A stretch of 29,667 nt of DNA from an uncultured bacterium (lineage in GTDB: Bacteria > Bdellovibrionota_C > UBA2361 > SZUA-149 > CALKYB01): contig CALIEE010000181.1 of the NCBI GenBank assembly GCA_938022485.1, positions 1-29,667 on the forward strand, given 5' to 3'. The translations under genes and the position numbers were made by a program. The notes beneath the pieces were generated by a model, which made no database searches, had not been told where the DNA came from, and worked only from the letters and a program-made list of their open reading frames with translations. How positions within the stretch are numbered: position 1 is the stretch's first letter; each line of letters starts with the position of its first letter. Shown here piece by piece: positions 16,917 to 26,483 of this stretch.

Positions 16917-18602
16917 TTGAGTTTTAGAATAAATATCCTCCGTAATCTGCTATCGTTGCTGATGGCTTTGCTCTGCCCTGTTGTAGTTGTCGCTCAACCT
17001 AAGCAGCCCAGTCGGACTGAAAGTGACTACTTAAAAGTCCAAAGAATATCGGGTATCAATAATCCAAGTATTCCAGAGCCACAAAATCCTGAGGGGCCGC
17101 TTGTTATTGACAAAGAGCGCATCAGCGATTTTTACGATTTACTTCTAGCTCCGATTGCTACTTGGGTCGATAAGGGTTGGATAACCGTTCGAGCTAGTTC
17201 ACGAACTGAGTTTGATTGGAGCTATGGTTCTCAGTGGGAGAGACTGAGTATTGCCAATAGCTCTAATCGGCTTGAAGGGGATGGCAGTTTGTATTCCGAT
17301 GATCTAGCTGATTACCAAGGGGGCTTCCCCTTTGGAAGATCTGATAGCCTAGATGACGTTTCTGATCCTGAGGAGAGGGCCCGGAAAATACTATGGAATA
17401 CAATTTCAACGGGGGCAGTCTCTGGAGACCTTTTGTATGGGGTAAACATATCTTGGTTGACTTATTCAGCTAGAAAAAGAAAAGCATCGGCCCTACTTTA
17501 TAGACAAACAGGTATTCCCCTGAAGGCAGGTCCGCAGGAGGATCCTCTTTTAGCCAGAGAGCTTTTTTTATTTTTAACTCCGCCTGTAGTTTTTGGTTAC
17601 AGTCAGGTTTTGACTCAGTATTTGAATTCAACTGATGACGAGATTTGGCATTATTCTCCCGTCGTGGGTAAGGGGAGAAAGATTTTTCCAGCAAATAGAG
17701 GTGATGGACTCATTGGTTCAGTGCTGACCCCAGACGATTTTTTTGTTTGGTCTGGAAAGGTGCAATCGGTGAAAGCTTCTGTTTTAGATAGTAAAAGATT
17801 ATTGATACCCGTACCTACTCTTAAAACCCATGGGGCAGATAGAGAACGTGTTGCTATTTCGGCTTCGAATTTTGTTAAACCTCTTTCTCTAGGAAACTTA
17901 GTTTTTGAATCTCAAGCTAGAACTAAATTTGAGGAGGTCGAGACAGTTCGCGGTAACTTAATTGACGAGAGGGGTAATGAGGTTTTTGTAAAGTTAAACG
18001 GGGACACCAGGGTTCTTAAGACGGGGGCTTCTTGGATGCCTTCGAGCGTTCAATTTATTCCTCGAGATACTTGGATAATAGAGATTGAATCCCAGAATCC
18101 ATATCGAGTTGGTGGTCGGGAGATACTGGTTGTGGACAAAGGATCGATGCTTCCGATTTATAAAATCGTATACGATCAAGCCGGGCAGTATTTGAGAACA
18201 GTTGTTGGTGTTTGGACACTTGGTCTAGGAACTGCGCAAAAAACTAAAAGATTTCCGTTCTTGGCTTCGGTTCTAGTTGTTGATGGGCGAAGTCGAGATG
18301 CAGCCCTGATTGAAACAACTTATGTTCAAACTTTTTACGGCAAACTGACAGAGGCTTCTCAACAGCTTAGATCTCTTCTGAATCCTAAACGCTTGGTCCA
18401 ACTGATTACTCCTGAAGAAAAAGAAGAGAAAGGTAATTTGCCTGGCAAAGCCAAAGAACCTCTTTCTGCATCAGCGTCCACGGTGCCTGCTGCTAAGAAA
18501 AAAGTTAAGCCGAAGGTTACTAACCCTACTCTCAATAAAAAAGAGATCGAGGAGAGATCGCCCAAGAAGCCTAAGTTGCCCTTATCAGATTTAGATTTTT
18601 GA
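16917..18602 (+). CDS. DUF1329-like exported (LolA-like fold) protein with Lys/Pro-rich C-terminal tail
   Basis: Signal-peptide-like N-terminus; ARKILWN, DDEIWHYSPVVGKGRKI...RGD..IGSVLTPDDF and RDTWIIE....PY....REILVVDK...PIYKIVYDQAGQYLR resemble DUF1329 motifs. Confidence 0.65.
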   Translation: MSFRINILRNLLSLLMALLCPVVVVAQPKQPSRTESDYLKVQRISGINNPSIPEPQNPEGPLVIDKERISDFYDLLLAPIATWVDKGWITVRASSRTEFDWSYGSQWERLSIANSSNRLEGDGSLYSDDLADYQGGFPFGRSDSLDDVSDPEERARKILWNTISTGAVSGDLLYGVNISWLTYSARKRKASALLYRQTGIPLKAGPQEDPLLARELFLFLTPPVVFGYSQVLTQYLNSTDDEIWHYSPVVGKGRKIFPANRGDGLIGSVLTPDDFFVWSGKVQSVKASVLDSKRLLIPVPTLKTHGADRERVAISASNFVKPLSLGNLVFESQARTKFEEVETVRGNLIDERGNEVFVKLNGDTRVLKTGASWMPSSVQFIPRDTWIIEIESQNPYRVGGREILVVDKGSMLPIYKIVYDQAGQYLRTVVGVWTLGLGTAQKTKRFPFLASVLVVDGRSRDAALIETTYVQTFYGKLTEASQQLRSLLNPKRLVQLITPEEKEEKGNLPGKAKEPLSASASTVPAAKKKVKPKVTNPTLNKKEIEERSPKKPKLPLSDLDF

Positions 18603-18610
18603 TAGCTAAT

Positions 18611-19873
18611 TCAGTGCTTACTAAAAAGCCGATCAAGTGTTATCGCAGCAGCAGCTCTCACTGAAAGATGATTATAGGGCACACAGCCATTGATAGGCGG
18701 TAGTTGAAAGTCTGCTTTTTCCATCACCTCATCAGCAAGGCCCCAACCTGTTCCAAAAAGAATCATCAAAGGTTTGTCTGAGGTTTTTGCAATTTCTCTC
18801 ATCTTCAAATAGCTAGTGTGATGCTTTCCAGGCTTGGCGCTTGTTGTAACCAAGGAAGGGACTTCTCCGAAGACTCTCTCAGCGTCTTCAAGTGCGTCTT
18901 TGAACTGTGGGAGGATACTTACCTGCTCCAGAGCCTCTCCTCTGTTAGGATTATACGAGGAGCCATATCCTGTGTTCCAGTGCTCACAGATTTTAAAAGC
19001 AAGTTTTCTTAGAGTCTCAGCTGGGTGAACAATATAAAACTTTTTTACACCAAAAGTTTTAACCGACCTTGCGATATCGGAGAGATCGAGGTTTGTTAGG
19101 GAGCTAGTTATAATTTTACCCTCTTTATTGAAGACGGGGTAGTGGATAAGAGCAATTGATACGTTACTGCCATCGAGGTCCAATCCTCTAGCTAGATCAG
19201 GCCGCCTTGTGAAAGTATCGCGTATAGCTTTTTCTTTTCTCCATTCATCAATTTTCTTGTGATTACCGGAGAGAAGTATCTTTGGAACAGCGAGTTCCTT
19301 CTCACCAGATTTAAAAACTTCTGGTCTGGTATATTGCGGATGTTCCAGTCTCATATTTTCAAAAGACTCCTCGCTTAGTGACTCCGGGTTGCCTAAGACG
19401 CCAGGCACCAATCTGGCTACGCTCTCCATGAAGGCCATAGCAGGGGTTTCTCCCCCCATGGTGATAAAATCCCCCATGCTTACTTGATAGTCACACAGTT
19501 CCTCTGCAATTCTTTCGTCAACACCTTCATAGCGACCACAAAGAATTGTCAACGCAGAGTTTTCGCTTACTATTTTTCTAGCTAATTTTTGAGACATTGG
19601 CTCGCCTCTTGGAGTCATTAAAACGACCTTGCTCTCAGGGCGTTGAGAACGCTCTTTCCTGATGGCTGCTTCTGCGGTTTCGATCCTAAGCACCATTCCG
19701 GAGCCGCCGCCGTACGGGGCGTCGTCAATTTGACCTTGAGAATTCACAGCATGCTCTCTCAGCTGGCTAGCACTAAAGCTAATCGCACCAGATTTCACTC
19801 CTTTCCCAAAAAGGCCAGTTTTCGAGAAACTTTCAAAGAGTTCAGGAAATATACTTAGAACCTCAAAATGCAA
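18611..19873 (-). CDS. trmD: tRNA (guanine37-N1)-methyltransferase TrmD fused to a C-terminal Tm1570-like SPOUT methyltransferase domain
   Basis: TrmD part: DDAPYGGGSGMV, CGRYEGVDERI, SMGDFITMGGE, HPQYTRP, LLSGNH, RRPDL. Second SPOUT part: IALIHYPVFNKEG...TNLDLSDIARS...FGTGWGL...YNHLSVRAAAAITLDRL. TTG start with GGAGGG RBS. Confidence 0.93.
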   Translation of the reverse strand: MHFEVLSIFPELFESFSKTGLFGKGVKSGAISFSASQLREHAVNSQGQIDDAPYGGGSGMVLRIETAEAAIRKERSQRPESKVVLMTPRGEPMSQKLARKIVSENSALTILCGRYEGVDERIAEELCDYQVSMGDFITMGGETPAMAFMESVARLVPGVLGNPESLSEESFENMRLEHPQYTRPEVFKSGEKELAVPKILLSGNHKKIDEWRKEKAIRDTFTRRPDLARGLDLDGSNVSIALIHYPVFNKEGKIITSSLTNLDLSDIARSVKTFGVKKFYIVHPAETLRKLAFKICEHWNTGYGSSYNPNRGEALEQVSILPQFKDALEDAERVFGEVPSLVTTSAKPGKHHTSYLKMREIAKTSDKPLMILFGTGWGLADEVMEKADFQLPPINGCVPYNHLSVRAAAAITLDRLFSKH

Positions 19874-20073
19874 GCGACTACCCTCCAGTTGGTTTAATTT
19901 GCCTCAGCAAGCGGTTTGGCAGGTCTTAGCATGGCCGTGGAAAATAGTCAGCCATTGTGATAGCTTCACCGCGCCTGTGAGGCCTCGTCTTTCTTGGCGT
20001 AGAATTAGATTTAAAGATAGAGTTAGAAGATAAATTTAGAAGATTGATTTGAAGATACTTGCCTGGAGGGGGA

Positions 20074-21297
20074 ATGGAAAAGGTAGTGCTTGCTTATAGC
20101 GGCGGTTTAGATACGAGCGTTATTCTGAAATGGCTTCAAGAAAAGGGCTACCAGGTAGTGGCTTATATTGCGGACGTGGGGCAAGAAGAAGATTTTGATG
20201 CAGCTTTGCAGAAAGCCAAAGAATGTGGAGCCGTTGAAGTATTTCTTGAAGATCTGAAGAAGGAGTTTGTTGAGGACTATATCGTTCCAGCCATGAAAGG
20301 CTCAGCTCTATATGAAGGTAGGTATTTATTAGGTACTTCACTTGCCAGGCCTATTATTGCTAAGCGACAAATAGAGATCGCCAGAAAGACGGGAGCAACT
20401 GCTGTCTCTCACGGGGCCACAGGAAAAGGGAACGATCAGGTTAGATTTGAGCTGGCTTATTTGGGCCTTGAACCTGGCATAAAGATTATTGCTCCATGGA
20501 AAGATCCAGAGTTCTTAGAGAAATTTAAAGGTAGAACTGATCTTTTGGAGTACGCCAAGAGTAAGGGAATTGATGTTGGTGCTAAAAAGAAGCCTCCATA
20601 CAGCATGGACGGTAATCTGATGCACATCAGTTATGAATCTGGGGTTTTGGAGGATCCGGAAGCCAAGCCTGATAAGGATATGTTCCAGCTTACCGTGGAT
20701 CCGAAAGATGCTCCCGACAAGGTGGTAGAGTTAACTATTGAATTCGAAAAAGGTAACCCAGTTCTACTTAAAAATTTGTCTACAGGAGACAGTTTTAATG
20801 AGCCGCTGGAAATTTTGGTAGAACTTAACAAAGTTGGTGGTGCCAACGGTGTCGGAAGAATTGATATAGTAGAGAATCGCTACGTTGGGATTAAATCCAG
20901 AGGCGTTTACGAAACTCCAGGAGGAACTATTCTGTGGGCTGCTCATCAGGATCTTGAAACTGCTTCAATTGACAGAGAGGTTTATAGGCTGAAGCAGAAG
21001 CTAGCAGGCCCATTTGCTGAGCTGATTTACAATGGTTTTTGGTTCTCTCCCGAAATGGAATTTTTGCTTCATGCTGTTGAGAAATCTCAAGAGCTTGTAA
21101 CTGGCTCTGTTAATCTCGAAATTTATAAAGGTAATGTTACCGTTACTGGACGAAACAGCAAAAGCGGTCTTTATGATTCTGAGCTTGCTAGCATGGATGT
21201 CGAAGGTGGTTATGACCAAGCAGACGCTGAAGGCTTTATTAGGGTTAATGCTGTAAGACTTAGAAACCATTATCTAGCCCAATCGAAAAAAAGCTAG
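20074..21297 (+). CDS. argG: Argininosuccinate synthase
   Basis: [48 protein letters not shown]; ATG at 20074 behind a GGAGG RBS. Confidence 0.97.
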   Translation: MEKVVLAYSGGLDTSVILKWLQEKGYQVVAYIADVGQEEDFDAALQKAKECGAVEVFLEDLKKEFVEDYIVPAMKGSALYEGRYLLGTSLARPIIAKRQIEIARKTGATAVSHGATGKGNDQVRFELAYLGLEPGIKIIAPWKDPEFLEKFKGRTDLLEYAKSKGIDVGAKKKPPYSMDGNLMHISYESGVLEDPEAKPDKDMFQLTVDPKDAPDKVVELTIEFEKGNPVLLKNLSTGDSFNEPLEILVELNKVGGANGVGRIDIVENRYVGIKSRGVYETPGGTILWAAHQDLETASIDREVYRLKQKLAGPFAELIYNGFWFSPEMEFLLHAVEKSQELVTGSVNLEIYKGNVTVTGRNSKSGLYDSELASMDVEGGYDQADAEGFIRVNAVRLRNHYLAQSKKS

Positions 21298-21314
21298 CAG
21301 AAAAAGAAACAGAA

Positions 21315-22706
21315 ATGGCAGACGATAAAGGCAAGAGACTTTGGGATAAAGGCGAGGTCACCGAGCAAGGGGTGCTGGAGTTTACTGTGGGCGATGACCC
21401 CGTTCAGGACCAGCAGCTTGTTGGTTGGGACGCTATTGCTTCATCCGCTCATGCCAGAATGCTTTGTGAGATCGGAATTTTAGAGGAAGAGGAGGCGCTC
21501 AAGTTAATTGAGTCTCTTGAAGAAATCTTTCTTGAGGCAGAGCAGGGGAAGTTTGAGATTCCTTATGAATTGGAAGACTGTCATGGTGCTATTGAAGCGA
21601 GATTGGTTGAGAAAACTGGTCAGGCAGGAAAGAAAATTCACACTGGTAGGTCTAGGAATGATCAAGTTTTGGTTGCATCAAGACTTTACCTTAAGAACAG
21701 CTTAGTGCTGATCCTTGAGGAGCTTAGAACCTTTGCGGAAGTTGTTCTGGAAAGGGTGGAGAAAGATCAGTCCGTTGAAATGCCCGGGTATACTCACATG
21801 CAGCAAGCTATGCCTACTACCATAGGCGTTTGGCTGGGATCTTTTGCTGAGTGGAGTTTGGAACTGATTGAGCAGGGCGTTTCTCTATACCATAACATTG
21901 ACAGCAATCCCTTAGGTGCGGCTTCCGGTTTTGGTACTCCGCTAGGTTTGAATAGAAACCGAACAACCGACTTATTGGGCTTTGATAGAGTTCAAAGAAA
22001 CCCGGTGAATGTTCAAAATAGTAGAGGGCGAGCGGAACTGAAAGCTTTGCACTGGTGCTCAGACATTGGTCTGCTTCTGGAGAAGCTTTCCTGGGATCTG
22101 ATTTTATATTCGACTGCTGAATTTAATTTTTTCGCATTACCGGAATCTATAACTACTGGTTCATCTATTATGCCTCAAAAGCATAACCCTGATGTACTCG
22201 AGCTTATTAGAGCGAGAGTTGCGCGGATTAGAGGTGCTGCATCTGAACTTGAATGGGTGATTGGTAAGCTGCCTAGTAACTACCATAGAGATTTTCAGTA
22301 CACGAAGTCTCCAATGTTTAGAGGGATCAAGGACACTTTAGAGAGCATTAGGTTGATTGAGTTGGCCGTTAGGTCTTTTACGATTAATGAGCAAGTTCTC
22401 AACAACAGTAGAACTCCAGAGCTTTACGCCACCTACGCTGCTTTTAGAAAAGTCAAAGAAGGTAAGGCTTTTCGAGATGCTTATAAGGAAACGGCAGATG
22501 AGTTGAAGGCGGGTAAGGTTATACCTGAAGACTATGCTGATGACTTAAATGTAATCATAAAAGAGAATGAAAAAGAGCTAGGGGAAGCCAAGATTGAGTT
22601 GAATAGACTTTCTAAGAAAGTTGCTGCCAAGAAAGAAAAGTTTGAAAAGGTAAGAGCAGCCGCGTTTGAGAAAAAGTTTTCTTGGACCAAGAAGTTATTT
22701 GGATAA
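21315..22706 (+). CDS. argH: Argininosuccinate lyase
   Basis: RLWDKG, KIHTGRSRNDQV, MPGYTHMQQAMP, signature GSSIMPQKHNPD, YHRDFQ; 17 nt after argG. Confidence 0.95.
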   Translation: MADDKGKRLWDKGEVTEQGVLEFTVGDDPVQDQQLVGWDAIASSAHARMLCEIGILEEEEALKLIESLEEIFLEAEQGKFEIPYELEDCHGAIEARLVEKTGQAGKKIHTGRSRNDQVLVASRLYLKNSLVLILEELRTFAEVVLERVEKDQSVEMPGYTHMQQAMPTTIGVWLGSFAEWSLELIEQGVSLYHNIDSNPLGAASGFGTPLGLNRNRTTDLLGFDRVQRNPVNVQNSRGRAELKALHWCSDIGLLLEKLSWDLILYSTAEFNFFALPESITTGSSIMPQKHNPDVLELIRARVARIRGAASELEWVIGKLPSNYHRDFQYTKSPMFRGIKDTLESIRLIELAVRSFTINEQVLNNSRTPELYATYAAFRKVKEGKAFRDAYKETADELKAGKVIPEDYADDLNVIIKENEKELGEAKIELNRLSKKVAAKKEKFEKVRAAAFEKKFSWTKKLFG

Positions 22707-22724
22707 GGCACCCGACTAGACATT

Positions 22725-23444
22725 ATGGCAGAAAGTGACATTGCTTTGTTCCAGTTTGCGCCTTGCTTTGGTGTTCCAAATGCAAGTCCCTTCTGTTTGA
22801 AGGTAGAAACTTTTCTTAGACTTTCCGACCTTTCTTACGAAACCAAGGAAATCCAAAATCCTCGGACTGCGCCAAAAAGGAAACTGCCTTTTATCGAGCA
22901 TGGAAAAAGGAGAGTTAGCGACTCAACTTTAATTTTAGATTATCTAAGGAAGACTTTTCCTGAGGAGACTTCCTTAGTTCCTGTTATGAACTCAGCTTGC
23001 GAGTATGCCATTAAAATTATGCTCGAAGAGCATCTTCTTTGGATAGGACTTCGTTATCGCTGGTTAGATCCCGAACTCTGGCCAAAAGTAAAAGAAGCCT
23101 TTTTTGGTGGTATGCCTAGTCTGCCTAGGAAATTTGTTCCAGAACTTGTGCGCTTAAAGATGAAGCGTGATTTGCAGGGGCAGGGGATGGGACGTTTTTC
23201 TGAAGAAGAGTTGGTTAATTTGGCTAAGCGCGACATGAATGCCTTGGCCGAGTTCCTATCTGACCGGAAGTTTTTCTGCGGAGACAAGCCTGGAGAGCTA
23301 GATTGTTCAGCCTATGGGATGCTTGCAAATATTTACCATGTGCCTTCGGGTAGGGAATTTGAGGAGTTTGCCGATACCCTTAGTAATTTAAAGGATTACA
23401 CCCAAAGGATGTCGGAGAAAGTTTTCCCTGATTTTTTTAGTTAA
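22725..23444 (+). CDS. Glutathione S-transferase family protein, metaxin/FAX-like subgroup
   Basis: NASPFCLKVETFLRL, APKRKLPFIE, DSTLILDYL, ALAEFLSDRKFFCGDKP..LDCSAYGML. Confidence 0.82.
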   Translation: MAESDIALFQFAPCFGVPNASPFCLKVETFLRLSDLSYETKEIQNPRTAPKRKLPFIEHGKRRVSDSTLILDYLRKTFPEETSLVPVMNSACEYAIKIMLEEHLLWIGLRYRWLDPELWPKVKEAFFGGMPSLPRKFVPELVRLKMKRDLQGQGMGRFSEEELVNLAKRDMNALAEFLSDRKFFCGDKPGELDCSAYGMLANIYHVPSGREFEEFADTLSNLKDYTQRMSEKVFPDFFS

Positions 23445-23738
23445 CTCTTTTTTCACCATTACTTTAAGAATCGAGCTAAATCAGGAACTCATTTCTGCTA
23501 GCGCTTCAACAAACTTTCTAAAATTTAATTCGTTCACCTTTGTGCCAAGTGCTTTGCACTAGGAATAGACAGATTCGATCAGTTGCGATCAGATTTCATC
23601 ATGTGTGTGGGATAGTAATTGCTTTTGAGGGTGTAAAACGCCCAATTTTGCACACATTTTTAAATTAAATAGTTCTTTCCTGTAACTTCTGGGCCTACCT
23701 GTCGTATAGGCTAGGGACGTAACATTTTGGAGGGTTTT

Positions 23739-24377
23739 ATGAGTAGTGCCGCAGTTAAAATTAGAGATAGTAGAGATGAAGCAGGTAATATTAGTTTTGT
23801 TGAAAGCGACTCTCGGGACCAAGCTAAAGACGCTAGTTCGGTTGAAATTTCTGAAGAGACCCACCTTAAAAGAATGTTGTCGCGGGTTGATAATCACATT
23901 TCCTCGGAATCTTTTTCCAGAGAGTTCTCCGAAGCGCAATGTTCAGCTCAAAAAGCTATCGTTTTATCTATCGAAAAGCTTCTTACCAGCCAGGAAAGCT
24001 TTCTAAGCAATGATCTCCCTCAGGAAGTTAGACATTTGCCGGAGTGCATTGGCTATAGTCGAATGAGGGCAAGTCTATTCGCTGGCCTTATGGTGATTAG
24101 AGATGGTGTTAGGAAGGGGATTGAGCGAGAAGGAGAGCCCAGTCCCGCGAGAACAGCCCTTGCTCAATATTCCTTGGAATTGAGCCGAATTAGTAGCGAT
24201 AGTCTGGAAGCGAAAGCCTTGATGAAACTTTGCTTTATGACGAATAAAGAAATTTGTTTCCTTTGCCAAGGTCGATTTGAGGAATGCCTCCCAAAAACAA
24301 GCGGGCGAGAGTTGGTTCGATTCGCGGAGGAAATCTCTTACTGGGTGATGCAGGAGGTTTGGGCTCAGAACAGCTAA
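23739..24377 (+). CDS. Hypothetical protein (~212 aa), no family recognised
   Basis: GGAGGG RBS before the ATG at 23739; ends just before a bidirectional terminator. Confidence 0.65.
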   Translation: MSSAAVKIRDSRDEAGNISFVESDSRDQAKDASSVEISEETHLKRMLSRVDNHISSESFSREFSEAQCSAQKAIVLSIEKLLTSQESFLSNDLPQEVRHLPECIGYSRMRASLFAGLMVIRDGVRKGIEREGEPSPARTALAQYSLELSRISSDSLEAKALMKLCFMTNKEICFLCQGRFEECLPKTSGRELVRFAEEISYWVMQEVWAQNS

Positions 24378-24396
24378 CAGCAATACTTCGGTTAGC

Positions 24397-24426
24397 AAAA
24401 AAAAAGAGCCGAACAGGCTCTTTTTT
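24397..24426. terminator. Bidirectional Rho-independent terminator between the orphan ORF and rpsP
   Basis: A9-GAGCC-GAACA-GGCTC-T6; U-tract on both strands, between convergent genes. Confidence 0.85.
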
Positions 24427-24446
24427 GGTCGCAGGTTTTTTTTAAC

Positions 24447-24941
24447 CTATTCCGACTTTTCCTCGGCAGCAGCCTCTTCTTTAGGAGCTTCTTCAGTTGC
24501 AGCTTCTTTGGTCTCCTCAACTGGTGCTTCTTCCTCTTCGGCAGCTTTAACTGCTGGTTCAGGCTTTTCGCGGTCCTTTCTAGATTTTCTGCGAGCTTTA
24601 GCTTCGCTTTTATCTCTAGCCTTGCCTTTTCCTGCAGCTTTTCTTTTAGCTCGCTTGGAACGAATTTTATCTTTCTGTTCTTTTTCAAGTTCTTCAAGAA
24701 AGCCAGGGCAAACGCCATCGATGTAAGCAGCAACGGTGTCGGACGGCTGTGCGCCAACTCCAACCCAGTACTTAACTCTATCTTCTTTGAGATTTACTGC
24801 AGCCGGCTCTTTCAAGGGGTCTACAGTTCCAAGCATTTCAATAAAGCGACCATCTCGCTTCTTCTCTTTGTCGCAAACCACCACCCTGTAAAAAGGTTTC
24901 TTGTTTCTTCCGTGCCTAGCTAATCTAATTGCAGTTGCCAA
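24447..24941 (-). CDS. rpsP: 30S ribosomal protein S16 with long charged C-terminal extension
   Basis: IRLARHGRNKKPFYRVVV...RDGRFIEMLGTVDP...RVKYWVGVGAQPSDTV; directly downstream of ffh; TTG start. Confidence 0.96.
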   Translation of the reverse strand: MATAIRLARHGRNKKPFYRVVVCDKEKKRDGRFIEMLGTVDPLKEPAAVNLKEDRVKYWVGVGAQPSDTVAAYIDGVCPGFLEELEKEQKDKIRSKRAKRKAAGKGKARDKSEAKARRKSRKDREKPEPAVKAAEEEEAPVEETKEAATEEAPKEEAAAEEKSE

Positions 24942-24977
24942 TTTTCTATCTCTCTATTTAAACAATCACTACTAAAA

Positions 24978-26336
24978 CTATCTGAGTCCGCCTTTGTGTT
25001 TCAGGTTTTGAGCAAGATTAGCCATCCCCCTCATTCCTTTTCCACCTTTTGAAAACTTTTTCATCAGCTTCCGCATATCGTTGAACTGTTTGATCATTCG
25101 GTTGATTTCTTCGACCGAAGTACCACTTCCTTTTGCGATACGCTTTCGCCTGCTGCCATCAAGCAGCTCAGGTTCTTTTCGCTCAGCCGGGGTCATTGAA
25201 AGTATAATGGCCTCGATCTGGCTCATCTGCTTCTCAGCCACTTCGTCGTCAATCTGGCTGGCAGCAGAACCCATTCCAGGGATCATTTTCACCATGCCCC
25301 CAATTGAGCCCATACTTTTAATGCTTTGTAGCTGAGAATGGAAGTCTTCTAGGTTAAAATCTGCCTTTTTTATCTTTTTTTCTAGCTTTTTAGCCTCTTC
25401 TTCAGAGATTTGTTTACTGGCTTTCTCAATTAAGGTCAGAATATCCCCTTTACCCAGAATTCTTCCGGCCATTCGGTCGGGATGAAAGAGCTCGAGAGCG
25501 TCTGACTTCTCCCCAATTCCTATGAATTTAATAGGCTTATTAGTAACAGCTCGCATAGACAATGCTGCTCCACCGCGAGCATCACCATCCATTTTGGTTA
25601 GCACCAGGCCGTCGATTTCAAGAAGTTCATCAAAACCTTTAGCCACATTTACGGCTTCCTGACCTGTCATAGCGTCAGCGACTAACAGAATCTCGTGAGG
25701 ATCTATCGCCTCAACTATTTCAGCCAACTCACTCATCAATTCTTGGTCAATCTGTAGTCGTCCCGCTGTGTCTAGAATCATTACATCAAGGCCAGTGCTT
25801 TTTGCGTGGGCTTCACCGCGTTCCGCTATTTTTACTGGATCCTCATCTGGTGAAACATCGAGAACTTCTATGTCCAGATCTGCTCCAAGCTTTTTCAACT
25901 GCTCAATGGCCGCGGGCCGATAAACGTCAGCTGGAACGAGTAAAGGCCTTCTTTTCAGCTCATCACGAAGATATTTAGCTAGCTTTCCGCAAGAGGTCGT
26001 CTTTCCTGACCCTTGCAGGCCAACCAACATAATGACTACAGGAGGCGCATACTTTAAGTTAAGTGGCTCAAATTCACCCATCGCCTCTAGAAGAGAATCA
26101 TGAACGTATTTGATAACCATCTGGCCAGGGGTTAGGCTTTTGATGATTTCTTGACCAGAAGCCTTCTCTTTAACTCGAGAGCAAAAGTCTTTCGCCACTT
26201 GAAGGTTTACGTCAGCCTCTAACAGAGCGTCACGAATTTCACCAAGAGCTTGATCGATATCGCTCTCGGATAGCTTGCCTCGATTTCGAAGTCGTTTAAA
26301 GGTGCCTTCGAGTTTTCCTGTCAGTGATTCAAACAT
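24978..26336 (-). CDS. ffh: Signal recognition particle protein (SRP54)
   Basis: ALLEADV, GLQGSGKTT, DTAGRLQID, TKMDGDARGGAALS, M-domain IILSMTPAER..P.LLDGSRRKRIAKGSG; ATG at 26336 (MFESLTGKL). Confidence 0.97.
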   Translation of the reverse strand: MFESLTGKLEGTFKRLRNRGKLSESDIDQALGEIRDALLEADVNLQVAKDFCSRVKEKASGQEIIKSLTPGQMVIKYVHDSLLEAMGEFEPLNLKYAPPVVIMLVGLQGSGKTTSCGKLAKYLRDELKRRPLLVPADVYRPAAIEQLKKLGADLDIEVLDVSPDEDPVKIAERGEAHAKSTGLDVMILDTAGRLQIDQELMSELAEIVEAIDPHEILLVADAMTGQEAVNVAKGFDELLEIDGLVLTKMDGDARGGAALSMRAVTNKPIKFIGIGEKSDALELFHPDRMAGRILGKGDILTLIEKASKQISEEEAKKLEKKIKKADFNLEDFHSQLQSIKSMGSIGGMVKMIPGMGSAASQIDDEVAEKQMSQIEAIILSMTPAERKEPELLDGSRRKRIAKGSGTSVEEINRMIKQFNDMRKLMKKFSKGGKGMRGMANLAQNLKHKGGLR

Positions 26337-26483
26337 CAGGTTTGTATTTAGATAATTGAGTAAAAAGCCCTCGAAAGAAAGCAATCTTAGTTCCTCTTCT
26401 TTGGGGAACCTTCTATATCAGTGGAGACTCGCCCAGGCAAAGCTATCAGGAGACAAAACAGCTACGATAGGATAAAAATAGCT

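Noticed and set aside
23530-23560. TGGCAC on the minus strand as a sigma-54 -24 box
   Set aside because: No TTGC -12 element at the correct spacing, and no gene in that orientation to drive
24392-24763. 123-aa Lys/Leu-rich minus-strand ORF, and other nested or antisense ORFs in the track (e.g. 1443-2105, 12250-12615, 12804-13205, 23589-23939)
   Set aside because: They overlap well-supported genes and reflect the low-complexity codon patterns of those genes; no RBS or domain support
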